DNA of 64,000 nt from an uncultured Chlamydiales bacterium (GCA_963700985.1 OY969554.1:608001-672000); one strand, 5' to 3'; counted from the stretch's first letter, positions 40,822 to 51,604 are shown. The notes: generated by a model not told the origin, from the sequence alone. A program made the numbers and translations.

Positions 40822-42151
40822 AGCACCCGCCATCATCACAGATACGCACACGCTTACCTACGAAGAGTTAAATGCGTATGTTGAAGCCCTCTGCATCAAG
40901 CTACAAAGCCACGGTGTAAAAAGCGGTGCGCGTGTGGCTTTCATCGCAACTTCGTCATGGCAAAATGCAGCGCTTTTCTTTGCACTTTTCCGCTTAAATG
41001 CAGCCGCCTGCCCCCTAAACTTTCGCCTTCCAGAGACTCTTCTTCAGCCGCTGATCGATCAGCTCGCACCACACTTCATCATGCACGCAGATTTTGGCAT
41101 CGAAAACTACCAGCTAAATGCGCCCTTAAATACTGATGAAATTGCTGTTCTTATGCCGACTTCTGGCTCTTCGGGAGCCGCTAAGATCGCCGCGCTCTCA
41201 TACAGCAATCTCTATTACAGCGCAGAAGGTTCGATGCAAAAGTTACCGCTTAAACCTCTTGATCGCTGGCTTTTGCCTTTGCCGCTCTTTCATGTTTCTG
41301 GGCTTATGCTACTTTTTCGTTCTTTCTTGCGCGGGCTTACTGTAATTATCTCAGAGATGAAACCTCATGAGGCACTTACCAAATATGAGGCGACTTTTCT
41401 CTCTCTGGTCCCTACACAACTTTTTAGGCTATGTAATGCACAGCCTACTGCACCGGCATACTTAAAAGGTGTTTTGATCGGGGGTGCCCCTTTAAGCGCT
41501 GCCCTATTAGAAGAAGCTACGCAGAAAGGATATAAGATCTTCTCATCATATGGCATGACCGAGATGTGCGCGCAGATCACACTTGACCCTGCGCCCAAAA
41601 TTGAACGAGGAGAACTCACATGTGGCACGCCGCTTCCCCATCGCGAATTGCGGGTCAATTCCAATGGAGAAATTCTCGTGCGCGGAAAAACTCTCTTTTT
41701 AGGTTACTGGGATAAAACAAGCGGACTTATAAGGCCAACTGATTCAGAAGGTTGGTTCTCTACCAAAGATCGTGGGAAAATATCAGACGACGGACGTTTA
41801 ATTGTACTTGGCCGCATGGATAGCCTCTTTATTTCAGGCGGCGAAAATGTTTTTCCAGAAGAAATTGAATCTGCTCTACTAGCATTGCCCGATATTCTTG
41901 AAGCGTTAGTAATACCCTTGCCAGATCCTGAATTTGGCCATCTGCCCTATGCATTCATCAATACAAACAAAGATAATTTCTCAGAAAAACAGATCTTAGC
42001 CACGCTCAGAAAATCTCTACCCGGATATATGATTCCCCGGCGCATCCAGCCTTTTCCACCTGGATCGATCGAGACAGGCATTAAACGGAGCAGGAAAAAT
42101 TTGAGCGAAGTGTTGTTAAAATCTTTAATAAACTTTCAGGCACTGGAATAG
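40781..42151 (+). CDS. menE: o-succinylbenzoate-CoA ligase
   Basis: TSGSSGAAK, LPLFHVSG, SYGMTE and GRMDSLFISGGENVFPEEIE motifs. Confidence 0.95.
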   Translation: MLCPILAALPQFAKAPAIITDTHTLTYEELNAYVEALCIKLQSHGVKSGARVAFIATSSWQNAALFFALFRLNAAACPLNFRLPETLLQPLIDQLAPHFIMHADFGIENYQLNAPLNTDEIAVLMPTSGSSGAAKIAALSYSNLYYSAEGSMQKLPLKPLDRWLLPLPLFHVSGLMLLFRSFLRGLTVIISEMKPHEALTKYEATFLSLVPTQLFRLCNAQPTAPAYLKGVLIGGAPLSAALLEEATQKGYKIFSSYGMTEMCAQITLDPAPKIERGELTCGTPLPHRELRVNSNGEILVRGKTLFLGYWDKTSGLIRPTDSEGWFSTKDRGKISDDGRLIVLGRMDSLFISGGENVFPEEIESALLALPDILEALVIPLPDPEFGHLPYAFINTNKDNFSEKQILATLRKSLPGYMIPRRIQPFPPGSIETGIKRSRKNLSEVLLKSLINFQALE

Positions 42152-42500
42152 CCTTTTTGGTCACTTGAGAAACAGTCGCATGCACAATTGAGCTCTTTCC
42201 AACCTCGATAGAGGCCTTAAGCAGCTGAGCTTGCAGCGTAAAAGAGGATGTTCCCAGGTGAGATAGCGTGAGATGGATCACGACTTCATCCCCTGCAAAA
42301 AGTGGCGCAGAGTAGTCGCTTTCTGTATGCACGATGGGCATCAAAAAAGAACCTTCTTGGATAAGTGATTGGAGCGTGATGCCAGATTGGCTCAGCAGGT
42401 GCTCGAAAGCTTCGAGCGCTAGCCTCAATTGCTCAGTAAAGTAAAGCACGCCTGTGGCATCGGTATCGCGCAAATGAATGCGAGTTTCATAGATAAACAT
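42081..42500 (-). CDS. Hotdog thioesterase, probable DHNA-CoA hydrolase (4HBT/YbgC/Slr0204 type)
   Basis: DTDATGVLYF motif; convergent with and overlapping menE. Confidence 0.85.
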   Translation of the reverse strand: MFIYETRIHLRDTDATGVLYFTEQLRLALEAFEHLLSQSGITLQSLIQEGSFLMPIVHTESDYSAPLFAGDEVVIHLTLSHLGTSSFTLQAQLLKASIEVGKSSIVHATVSQVTKKAIPVPESLLKILTTLRSNFSCSV

Positions 42501-42669
42501 GTGCGTAGATCGTAAATTGAGAAGCGCGCGAATGCAAGCAAATTTTTGGCAAGCAAATTAAATTTTTTCTTATATATAAAAGAAAAAATTTTGCTCTAAC
42601 TCACTAAAAATTAAAACATAGGAAAAATCATCAAACACTTTTTGGCTGACCAAAAACCAATGTGAACGA

Positions 42670-42698
42670 TTGGCCAAAAAAACCCGCTCTCATATAAT
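42670..42698 (+). promoter_or_regulatory. Putative sigma66 promoter of the TPR gene
   Basis: TTGGCC-N17-TATAAT with an A-tract after the -35. Confidence 0.55.
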
Positions 42699-42743
42699 CC
42701 CGAGTTTTCTCGCAGTGCCCCCAGAAGTCCAAAGGCTTAAAAA

Positions 42744-44720
42744 ATGAAAAATCTACATGTTGATCTTTCTTTAGATGCTGAACGAGCAGATAGCCTTATA
42801 CAACAGGGTGAGATGTGGCTTTTGAAAGGTGAGCTTTCAAAGGCAACGATCTGTTTTGATGAAGCTGTAAAGCTTGAACCACACAATGCCGCACACCTCT
42901 ATCGTCAAGGGCTTGCCTATTTTGAATATGGCAGTGAAGAAGGCAGAGAAAAAGCGCTGCTCATCGCCTGCAAGAAATTCAAAAGTGTAACCGCTCTCTC
43001 TCCGAATCTAATCGAGGGGTGGAATGCTTGGGGAAACGCCTTATTTCTGCTCGGCCAAACCTATCACGAGCATCACTACTTCCAAGATGCGCAAGAGAGA
43101 TATCGCACAGCATTGCAGCTGGCTGAAACACAAAAATATGATGCCTTAGCTGAACTCTATTGGGATTATGGCTCTGTACGCATGAAGATTGCGCAGCATT
43201 CTGGGGAAGCCGTTGATATCTATTCAGCCATGGATGCTTTTCACCATGCATCTTCTCTTCAAGATCCCTTTCCAGCCGACTTTTGGAATGATTTTGGCTT
43301 AGCCTCATTAACTCTTGCCGAGCAGATCAACGACATCCGTTTATACGTGAAAGCGATTAACTGCTTTAAACAAGCCGTCTCGATCTCCTTCAACTCTTAT
43401 GATGGTTGGGCAAATCTAGCTAAAACATTGATGCATCTCTATGCTAAAACACATGATGAAGATCATTTCTCTCAAGCAAATGAGTGCTTTGCATCTGCTG
43501 CACAATTACGACCTCAGGACACGGATCTCTGGTTAGTCTGGGCGCGTTTTCTTTTAGATTCAGGCAGAAATAATCAAGACATTAAGCGCCTCAGGTCTTC
43601 GATTGAAAAATGCCATCGCGCTTATGTATGTGACCCTAATCTACCGCTTACCTGTGCAATTTGGGCCGAAGCTCTCGCTCTTCTAGGCGAATTGTGCGAT
43701 CGTTTAGATCTCCTTTACGAAGCACAAAATAAAATTGCCGCTGCAACGGAGATGGCGCCCGATGCACCTGAGATCACTTTCTCTTATGGAATGTGTTTGA
43801 TGGCGCTTGGACGTTATTTTAACGACTATGACTACTACTACCAAGCAATTGAAAAATTCCAAGAGGGTCTTTCCGCCGATCGTACGTGCGCGATGCTCTG
43901 GCATGGAATTGCTAAATGCTATGCTTGTGTAGGCGAACTAGAAGAAGATCCCGAGGCGTTGGAAAAATCTCTGCGCTTCTACACTAAGGCGCTCGATCTC
44001 AACAGCTCCACTTATTACATTTTTGACTATGCACTCGCGCTGACAAAAATAGGTGATCTGACTCAAGATCCTCAATGGATTGAAGCCGCGGTTTTACAGT
44101 TTGAACGTGTGCTTAGCGTGCAAAAGAACGCACTCTACCTCCACCCAGACTGGTTATTTCAATATGCGTGCACGCTAGATCTCATGGGTGATTACCTCGA
44201 AGAAGCCTCATATTATGCACGCGCGATTGAAATCTTTTCTCATGTGCTCATGATCGATCCAGACTTCCCTAGCATTCATCATCGTCTTGGACAGGCCTTT
44301 TCACATATAGGTGAACTGATCGGAGAAAGCGATCATTTTGCGCGTTCTATCCACCACTTTAGACTAGCTGCCAAACATGATGAAGAAAATGATCAGATCC
44401 TTTTAGATCTCGCGTTAACTTTGATCAATATAGCGCAGCGCAGTCAGGATCCGAGCGAAGCTGATCAGCTCCATCGCGAAGCTGAACATAAGATTACACT
44501 CTCTGCTAAGTTGGGTAACGTGCAGGCCTATTATCATCTAGGCTGCCTCTATTCACTTTTAGGCCAATATGAAAAAGCCATGCGCTTTTTACAAAAGGCC
44601 GAAGAATTTGAATCCCTTCCCCCTCTGGAAGAGATTCTGCTAGATGACTGGTTAGATGGGGTACGCTCTACCTCAGACTTCCACGAATTTCTCTCTCAAC
44701 TCGAAAAGCGCGCTTATTAA
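42744..44720 (+). CDS. Tetratricopeptide-repeat protein
   Basis: Many TPR-like units (W..WG.AL, A...F..A). C-terminal AYYHLGCLYSLLG...A unit. Confidence 0.9.
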   Translation: MKNLHVDLSLDAERADSLIQQGEMWLLKGELSKATICFDEAVKLEPHNAAHLYRQGLAYFEYGSEEGREKALLIACKKFKSVTALSPNLIEGWNAWGNALFLLGQTYHEHHYFQDAQERYRTALQLAETQKYDALAELYWDYGSVRMKIAQHSGEAVDIYSAMDAFHHASSLQDPFPADFWNDFGLASLTLAEQINDIRLYVKAINCFKQAVSISFNSYDGWANLAKTLMHLYAKTHDEDHFSQANECFASAAQLRPQDTDLWLVWARFLLDSGRNNQDIKRLRSSIEKCHRAYVCDPNLPLTCAIWAEALALLGELCDRLDLLYEAQNKIAAATEMAPDAPEITFSYGMCLMALGRYFNDYDYYYQAIEKFQEGLSADRTCAMLWHGIAKCYACVGELEEDPEALEKSLRFYTKALDLNSSTYYIFDYALALTKIGDLTQDPQWIEAAVLQFERVLSVQKNALYLHPDWLFQYACTLDLMGDYLEEASYYARAIEIFSHVLMIDPDFPSIHHRLGQAFSHIGELIGESDHFARSIHHFRLAAKHDEENDQILLDLALTLINIAQRSQDPSEADQLHREAEHKITLSAKLGNVQAYYHLGCLYSLLGQYEKAMRFLQKAEEFESLPPLEEILLDDWLDGVRSTSDFHEFLSQLEKRAY

Positions 44721-44833
44721 AAAGGGGCAATGCCGCCCCTCTATACTTCCTCACCTCCACAAAAGGCCTACTGCTGAAATCTGAGCTATGTTAGGATGTG
44801 TGTTTTTACGCCAGATTTGGATGGTCTAGTTTT

Positions 44834-47254
44834 ATGGATAAGCGTTCGATTGTCTTTGTACTTGCCCTTACTTTAGCACTTTTTTTTGTACATCTCTGGT
44901 TCTCACCTACTGAGCAACCCTCCACTGTACAAACGCCCACAGCAAGCGAGATGAATATAGCCGAAAGAGAAGCGTTGCAAAAGCGCACTGTCTCCCTTTC
45001 AGCCCTTCCGGTTACATCTTTATATAGCGATGCGCAAGGCACTCAAGTAGCTACATTAGCTGTGCGTGATAATCAACAGTATTTGACTTTCGCTTGGACG
45101 CTTCCTGCCCCTCAAACTCTCTACATTAAAAATGGCAAGAAGATGGACGAGGTTAAGCTGAGAGCAGATGCAAATAAGCTGCAATCTCCGCTTCTCTATT
45201 CCACTTCAGAAATTGAGCCTCTACGCATTATTAATCTGCTTCCAAATGAGAGCTTCGATCTTCAGCTGGTCTCTTTTCCAAGCGACACTCAAAAAGCCGT
45301 GGTTTCGCTTGCTGAAGTACAAAATCAACAGATCCATTTCCCTCTAGAAAAGCCTCTAACTCCTGCTATTGCTCTATATAAAAGTAATGGCGAATACCTT
45401 CCATATGCGGTTTATAATCCTAGTTCATTTCGCCTAACACCGATTAATGATCTCCCCTATTTTAATAGCCTAGTGCAGACCATCCAGCCTGAAATCTCTG
45501 CCCCTGCGAATGAAGAGGGAGAAGAGTTTTATGTTCTGGAAAATGCTTATCAACAGCTGGTCTTTTCTAACATCGGCGGATCTCTTTCAGACATCAATCT
45601 GCCCTTGAAGAGCAGCACACACCCTGACAGTGTGATTCTCGAGATCAATTTTGATCGAGTTTTGAAAGAGCAATATCCTCAAACCGACTGGTTCCCAAAC
45701 AGCGTCTACTATACTGCTAACCCCCAGGGAGGAGCTCCCGTTCGAGTTGAAAAGAGAAATTTGGGCGGCTACTACCCTCTCGTGCGACGCAGCATTGCTG
45801 GTTCAGGTGGAAAGCTCGCCTCTCGCGTGCCTCCTCGTTATTACGCCTGCAATGTAGTCACAAGCGATCAGAAAGCGGTCGATCTAAAATATAAAGTGAA
45901 AAGCCTAGGAAAAGATTTCATAGAATTTGAAGCGGTTCAATCGCAAAGACGCATTACCAAACGCTTCTCATTCCCGACTGATCCTAAAGCTGCCCCTTAT
46001 TGCTTCGATCTGACTATTAAAGTTGAAGGCGATGCACGCGATCTGCACCTTACATCCGGAGTGCCTGAGGTCGAACTTATTTCTGGGAGCTCTACTCCAT
46101 CTTTGAAATACCGCTTAAAAAGCGATAATAAAGCCAAGGTTGAGCAGATCGACCTGCCTAAAGAGTCTCAGCTCTACTCTTCTTTCCGTCCGGATTGGGT
46201 ATGTAACTCAAATGGTTTTTTAGGCTTGATCATCGATCCATTAACCGAAATCGACAATGGATTTAGCGCGCATAAAATTCCTGGAGAATTCGATCCTACA
46301 AGACTGGTTGTCATCGATTCTCAGCATAACCTCTACCCAGCAGATAAATATCCTGGCTTTGAGCTGCTGCTTCCTCTAAGAAACACCACTCAAGCACAGA
46401 CCTTCCGAGTTTTTGCTGGGCCTTTTGCAAGCAAAATATTGAAAACGATCGATCAGACCTATTCTGATCCTGCGACTGGATACTACCCTGATTATAAAGC
46501 TTCACAGAGCTTTCATGGTTGGTTTGCTTTTATTTCAGAGCCCTTTGCCAAGTTCTTGTTCTTCTTGATGAATATCTTCCATCAGATCACACATTCTTGG
46601 GGCATTTCGATCATCTTGCTCACCTTAGCTCTACGCGTCATGCTCTATCCATTAAATGCTTGGTCGATTAAATCGACGGCTAAAATGCAAGAGATCGCGC
46701 CACTTGTTTCCGCAATTCAAGCCAAACACAAGAAAGATCCTAAGCGTGGACAACAGGAAGTCGTGGCTCTCTATCGAGAAAAGGGAGTTAATCCCTTCTC
46801 TGGTTGCTTGCCCATTTTAATTCAATTGCCCTTCCTCATTGGAATGTTCGACCTGCTCAAAACGACGTTCGAATTACGTGGAGCACGCTTTATTCCGCAT
46901 TGGATCGATAACTTAACTGCACCAGATGTGGTATTTAGTTGGAATTATCCAATTATTTTCTTCGGAACTGAATTCCACCTTCTGCCTATCCTCATCGGCT
47001 TAGTGATGTACTGGCAGCAGAAAATCAGCTCTCCGACCCCGAAAAACAAAAACCTGCTGACCGATCAACAAAAGCAGCAGAAGTTGATGGGAAATATCAT
47101 GGTCATCGTCTTTACGGTGATGTTCTATCATTTCCCTTCAGGCTTAAACATCTACTGGCTCTTTTCGATCATCTTCGGAATTTTGCAGCAGTGGCTGGTT
47201 ACCAAGAGAAAAAATTCGCATGTTAGCAAGGTAGAACCCTTCAAGAAACCGTAG
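44834..47254 (+). CDS. yidC: Membrane protein insertase YidC (long chlamydial form)
   Basis: SWGISIILLT, LYPL, GVNPFSGCLPILIQLP, WIDNL and PSGLNIYW motifs. Start moved to ATG 44834. Confidence 0.97.
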   Translation: MDKRSIVFVLALTLALFFVHLWFSPTEQPSTVQTPTASEMNIAEREALQKRTVSLSALPVTSLYSDAQGTQVATLAVRDNQQYLTFAWTLPAPQTLYIKNGKKMDEVKLRADANKLQSPLLYSTSEIEPLRIINLLPNESFDLQLVSFPSDTQKAVVSLAEVQNQQIHFPLEKPLTPAIALYKSNGEYLPYAVYNPSSFRLTPINDLPYFNSLVQTIQPEISAPANEEGEEFYVLENAYQQLVFSNIGGSLSDINLPLKSSTHPDSVILEINFDRVLKEQYPQTDWFPNSVYYTANPQGGAPVRVEKRNLGGYYPLVRRSIAGSGGKLASRVPPRYYACNVVTSDQKAVDLKYKVKSLGKDFIEFEAVQSQRRITKRFSFPTDPKAAPYCFDLTIKVEGDARDLHLTSGVPEVELISGSSTPSLKYRLKSDNKAKVEQIDLPKESQLYSSFRPDWVCNSNGFLGLIIDPLTEIDNGFSAHKIPGEFDPTRLVVIDSQHNLYPADKYPGFELLLPLRNTTQAQTFRVFAGPFASKILKTIDQTYSDPATGYYPDYKASQSFHGWFAFISEPFAKFLFFLMNIFHQITHSWGISIILLTLALRVMLYPLNAWSIKSTAKMQEIAPLVSAIQAKHKKDPKRGQQEVVALYREKGVNPFSGCLPILIQLPFLIGMFDLLKTTFELRGARFIPHWIDNLTAPDVVFSWNYPIIFFGTEFHLLPILIGLVMYWQQKISSPTPKNKNLLTDQQKQQKLMGNIMVIVFTVMFYHFPSGLNIYWLFSIIFGILQQWLVTKRKNSHVSKVEPFKKP

Positions 47255-47256
47255 TC

Positions 47257-48690
47257 ATGCATGCTTGGGAAAAATTTCTGCTTGAGCTAGAAAATTCCTT
47301 GGGAAGGGAAACTGTTATTCAGTGGCTCAGGCCCTTAAAAGTTACCGATTTTGACGCATGTAATCTCTATTTAGAAGCTCAAGACTCGTTTCAGCTTGCT
47401 TGGTTTGAAGAGCACATGCGTCAAAAAGTAAAAGGCAAGCTCGCAAACCCCAATGGCAATGAGATCAAGGTTCATCTTACGCTGCGCGAAAGCGCTGGCT
47501 ATGAAAAAAAAGGTACGAAACGCGGAAAGTTCAAGCCAAATGAGAAGGTTTATCGTCCTGCGCTAAACCTCGGCCAAGATCCGCTCGATGAATCTGCGAC
47601 CTTAGACGACTTCTTAGTCTCCTCAGAAAATGAGCTTACGTTTAAATGCGTCTGCGAAATGACGGGGTTTTCCCCAAAAGCTAAAAAGCTAGCTCCCCCA
47701 AAAGTCGGAGCTGAGAATTTTAACCCAATCTTCATCTATGGCAACAGTGGATCTGGCAAAACGCACTTGCTTATGGCCTGCGCTAGTCTCTTACAAAAAC
47801 AGGGGCTATCTGTGCTGTATATCCGTGCTGAAACGTTTACTGAACACGTGGTGGCGGCAATTAGAAATGGCGCGATGCAAGAGTTTCGCAAGGCCTACCG
47901 ACATGTAGATGTGCTGATCATCGATGATGTGCATATCTTCGCGCGAAGAGGCGCGACGCAAGAAGAATTCTTCCATACGTTCAATTCTCTGCATAGCAGT
48001 GGCCGGCAAATTATCTTAAGCGCAAATTCTCCGCCGCAACTGCTCGAAGCCATCGAACCCAGGCTTATCAGTCGTTTTGAATGGGGTATTCTTTTGCATT
48101 TAGAGCGTTTTTCTCCCCAAGAGATTAAGAGCTGGATAAGCAAGAGAGCTCTTTCTTTGGATCTTTTACTGGACGATGAAACCATCGATTATCTAATTAA
48201 AACTTTCCAAGCGCACACCAAATCTCTCGAACGCGCTTTGCATGCCCTAGTTATCCGCTCTCAATCTGGAAATACCCTACGAAAACATAAAGCCATCCCT
48301 ATCGATGCGGCAAAAGCCAAAGGCTATCTTTTCGATTTAATTGAGGAAGAGCGTTTGAAGGGTATAAATCCGCCAAAGATTATTCGCGCCGTAGCAGACT
48401 ATTTTGGCATGCGGACAGATGATCTTTTAGGAAAATCGCAAGCGCGTGACTCAGCCGTTCCAAGGCAGATGGCTATGTATATTTGTCGGATGCTGCTTCA
48501 GCTCCCCTATCTCAAAATCGGACAGATCTTCGGACGCGACCATTCGACTGTGATGTCGAGTGTTAAACAAGTAGAAGAGAAAGTGAAGGTGCAGGATAAA
48601 GATACTTGTGCGGCAAAATTCGAGATTTTAAGACGCCTCGAGAGCCAAGATCTTTCTTGTACTCTCGAGACAGCAGTAGCGAATGTCTAG
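47257..48690 (+). CDS. dnaA: Chromosomal replication initiator DnaA (yidC-linked chlamydial copy)
   Basis: FNPIFIYGNSGSGKTHL, LIIDD, QEEFFHTFN, RLISRFEWG and GRDHSTV motifs. Confidence 0.97.
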   Translation: MHAWEKFLLELENSLGRETVIQWLRPLKVTDFDACNLYLEAQDSFQLAWFEEHMRQKVKGKLANPNGNEIKVHLTLRESAGYEKKGTKRGKFKPNEKVYRPALNLGQDPLDESATLDDFLVSSENELTFKCVCEMTGFSPKAKKLAPPKVGAENFNPIFIYGNSGSGKTHLLMACASLLQKQGLSVLYIRAETFTEHVVAAIRNGAMQEFRKAYRHVDVLIIDDVHIFARRGATQEEFFHTFNSLHSSGRQIILSANSPPQLLEAIEPRLISRFEWGILLHLERFSPQEIKSWISKRALSLDLLLDDETIDYLIKTFQAHTKSLERALHALVIRSQSGNTLRKHKAIPIDAAKAKGYLFDLIEEERLKGINPPKIIRAVADYFGMRTDDLLGKSQARDSAVPRQMAMYICRMLLQLPYLKIGQIFGRDHSTVMSSVKQVEEKVKVQDKDTCAAKFEILRRLESQDLSCTLETAVANV

Positions 48691-49190
48691 ATTTTGATGA
48701 AGCGATCGCCTGGTTTTGGTGGAGGCACCATCGATTTCTTTTTCTTGTCATCATCTTCTTTTTCTTCTCGACCTTCGAGAATATCTCTAGATTTCTTTCT
48801 CCATCTTTCGACAGCTTCAACAAAAAGTGGAGCAAAGCGTCTCAGAGAGTTAGGGTCAGCGCCCACGCCCATTTCTAGGACACAGTGCATGAGGATCAAC
48901 TCTTCTGGTACAGCCACGCCGATTCCGCCACCTGCCATCTGTCCACCCAGCATTGAGCCTTCAAGTAGAGACTCATAAAGCTTTAGGCGTACTTTATCAT
49001 CTTTTGGAAGACCATCCAAAATTGGAGAGTAAAGATAGAGCCTATCCGAATTAGGTTCATAAGTAAGGTGCAAAGAGAAGGTATTATCGATTCCGAGAAT
49101 ACAGGTGTGGTTTTCGTCAAAAGCCAATCCTTCCAAGTTAAGTTCTTTGCCAAATTCTTTTAAGTTCGCCTTGGCGTTTTCCAACGACAT
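48687..49190 (-). CDS. slc1: CesT-family type III secretion chaperone (Slc1/CT043-like)
   Basis: FDENHTCIL, SLHLTYE, DRLYLYSPILDGLP and LLEGSMLGGQMAGGG motifs; divergent from glgX as in Chlamydia. Confidence 0.9.
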   Translation of the reverse strand: MSLENAKANLKEFGKELNLEGLAFDENHTCILGIDNTFSLHLTYEPNSDRLYLYSPILDGLPKDDKVRLKLYESLLEGSMLGGQMAGGGIGVAVPEELILMHCVLEMGVGADPNSLRRFAPLFVEAVERWRKKSRDILEGREEKEDDDKKKKSMVPPPKPGDRFIKI

Positions 49191-49387
49191 GAACACATCC
49201 TCCTTAGGTATAGATAAAATGTTTCTTTGCCACTATATCTCTAGCCGGAATTAATCACGAGAGAGATCGGCACAATTATTTCTCTAGGAAGCACTATTTT
49301 TACAGTGACCCTATTAAAAATCACAACAAAAAATAGAGAAACCTGTAAAACAAAAAAATATATACGAGCCTAAACCAATAGGAGCGA

Positions 49388-51433
49388 ATGAGCGCAGAAA
49401 AGAAAAATGCCATTTTAAAGGGTTCTCCTACTCCGCTGGGGGTCACCCGAAAACAAGATGGATTTAATTTTGCGCTATTTTCAGAGCATGCGAGCGGTGT
49501 AACGCTTTGCCTATTCAATCCAGGCGAGGCAACTCCTTTTCAAGAGATCAACCTCGATCCTAAAATGAATAAGACAGATAAAGTATGGCATGTGCTGATC
49601 AAGGGATTAGCTACTAATTTAGAATATGGCTACCGAGTTGATGGACCCATGCAGCCTGAGAAGGGCTTGTTCTTCAATAAAAACCTCATCGTTTCCGATC
49701 CTTATGCTCTATCTTTGGCGACCTCGCACGTTTGGGGACAAGGTTTCCCTCCGAATGCCCCTCCGCCTCGTGGGCGTATCGTAATAGACACCCATTTTAA
49801 TTGGGATAATACCCAGCCGCCTAGAATCCCCACCGAACATCTGATTATCTATGAAATGCATGTGCGCGCCTTTACATATCACAGTTCTAGCCGCGTACCA
49901 GCGCCAGGAACATTCTTAGCGATGATCGATAAGATTCCCTATTTTAAAGAAATAGGCGTCAATTGCCTCGAGCTCATGCCGATCTTCGAGTTTAATGAAT
50001 GCGAAAACCCGCGTAAAAATCCTCTTAATGGTGAGCAACTCTATAATTACTGGGGTTATTCAACGGTTAATTTCTTTAGTCCCATGAGCCGTTACGCCTT
50101 TAAAGAAGAGCGCCTAGCTGCCATTGAAGAGTTCAAGACGATGGTGCGGGAAATGCACCGCAATAAGATCGAAGTGATTTTAGATGTGGTCTATAATCAT
50201 ACGGCTGAAGGTAATGAAAACGGTCCAGTTTTCTCATTCCGAGGCATCGATAATCCCGACTATTATATGATGACTGAAGGATCCAAATTCCAGAATTTTA
50301 CTGGATGTGGGAACACGTTCAATTGCAACCATCCTGCCTGCCAACAATTTATTATTGATTCTTTGCGTTATTGGGTGCTTGAGATGGGCGTGGATGGCTT
50401 CCGATTTGATCTCGCCTCCATCTTTACCCGCGATCCGACGGGAAAACCTATCGATAAACCTCCTGTCATTCATGCGATTAACCGCGATCCTGCACTCGCA
50501 AATGTCAAGCTCATCGCCGAAGCCTGGGATGCAGCCGGACTCTATCAAGTAGGCTCCTTTCCTGGGGAAGGCAAATGGCTGGAATGGAATGGAGTCTATC
50601 GCGACAGCGTACGTCGCTTCATCAAAGGCAGCGATGGCTGTGCCGGCAGTTTTGCCAATGCACTTTGCGGCTCTCAGAACATCTACGGCAAAGAACATAG
50701 CCCATACCATAGCGTGAATTTCATCACAGCGCATGATGGGTTTACCTTACGCGATCTCGTTAGCTACAATTCCAAACATAACGAAGCCAATGGAGAAGAA
50801 AATCGCGATGGAGCAGATAATAATGATAGTTGGGACTGCGGCGCTGAAGGCGAAACACACGACCACGGGGTCTTGCAACTGCGCGAACGCCAGATGCGCA
50901 ACTTTCATGTAGCCTTAATGCTCTCCTTGGGAACACCTATGATCCTCATGGGCGATGAGTATGGCCATACCCGCAAAGGCAACAACAACACCTGGTGCCA
51001 AGATAATGAGCTAAACTGGTTTCTCTGGGACAAAATCCAACATGACAGCGGGTTTTTTAGGTTTTTTAAACTGATGATTCATTTCCGCAAAAGGCATTCG
51101 ATCTTAGGGCGCGCTGAGTTTTTATCTAATGATGAGATCGATTGGCATGGTCAGCAACCATTCAAACCAAACTGGGATCCTTCAGTTCGCATGGTGGCCT
51201 ATACTCTGAAAGATGCGCGTTCTCATGAATTTCTCTATGTCGCTTTCAACGCACACTTCCACCATACCGACATCACCTTACCTCCACCGCCTCCCCACAA
51301 ACACTGGTACAAAGTGATCGATACTTATGCCACATCTCCGGGCGACTTCATCGAAGATCCCAAGAATCACCCACACTTAAAACACACTTACTCGCTTCCC
51401 CCCTATTCCGCCCTCGTCCTGCAAGCCCTGTAA
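49388..51433 (+). CDS. glgX: Glycogen debranching enzyme (GH13 isoamylase)
   Basis: NYWGYST, DVVYNHT, DGFRFDLA, AEAWD and NFITAHDGFTL motifs. Confidence 0.98.
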   Translation: MSAEKKNAILKGSPTPLGVTRKQDGFNFALFSEHASGVTLCLFNPGEATPFQEINLDPKMNKTDKVWHVLIKGLATNLEYGYRVDGPMQPEKGLFFNKNLIVSDPYALSLATSHVWGQGFPPNAPPPRGRIVIDTHFNWDNTQPPRIPTEHLIIYEMHVRAFTYHSSSRVPAPGTFLAMIDKIPYFKEIGVNCLELMPIFEFNECENPRKNPLNGEQLYNYWGYSTVNFFSPMSRYAFKEERLAAIEEFKTMVREMHRNKIEVILDVVYNHTAEGNENGPVFSFRGIDNPDYYMMTEGSKFQNFTGCGNTFNCNHPACQQFIIDSLRYWVLEMGVDGFRFDLASIFTRDPTGKPIDKPPVIHAINRDPALANVKLIAEAWDAAGLYQVGSFPGEGKWLEWNGVYRDSVRRFIKGSDGCAGSFANALCGSQNIYGKEHSPYHSVNFITAHDGFTLRDLVSYNSKHNEANGEENRDGADNNDSWDCGAEGETHDHGVLQLRERQMRNFHVALMLSLGTPMILMGDEYGHTRKGNNNTWCQDNELNWFLWDKIQHDSGFFRFFKLMIHFRKRHSILGRAEFLSNDEIDWHGQQPFKPNWDPSVRMVAYTLKDARSHEFLYVAFNAHFHHTDITLPPPPPHKHWYKVIDTYATSPGDFIEDPKNHPHLKHTYSLPPYSALVLQAL

Positions 51434-51604
51434 ATGTGAATCGCCGTCGTTGGAATTCGTGCCCGTGCCCGATCTTTCTTAGACCTGGAAGCCGATTATA
51501 GCTTTGTAAGAATTAACAGGCTTGCAAGAGATCTATTTCATGAACGGCTTTACATCGACAAGGCGGTCTGATATGCTGAGAATTCCTTGCAACCCTGGAG
51601 ATTT

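Noticed and set aside
44723-44740. AGGGGC/GCCCCT hairpin after the TPR gene
   Set aside because: Only a 6-bp stem with no U-tract on the coding strand; too weak to call.
47257-49387. Replication origin near dnaA
   Set aside because: dnaA is flanked tightly by genes and no cluster of TTATCCACA-type boxes was seen.
50234-50734. 166-aa antisense ORF inside glgX, and the many other 60-150-aa shadow ORFs in the track
   Set aside because: They overlap well-supported genes on the opposite strand or frame and have no motifs.
51458-51473. CGTGCCCGTGCCCG short tandem after glgX
   Set aside because: Possibly a relic of another repeat family, but single, short and lacking a complementary arm.
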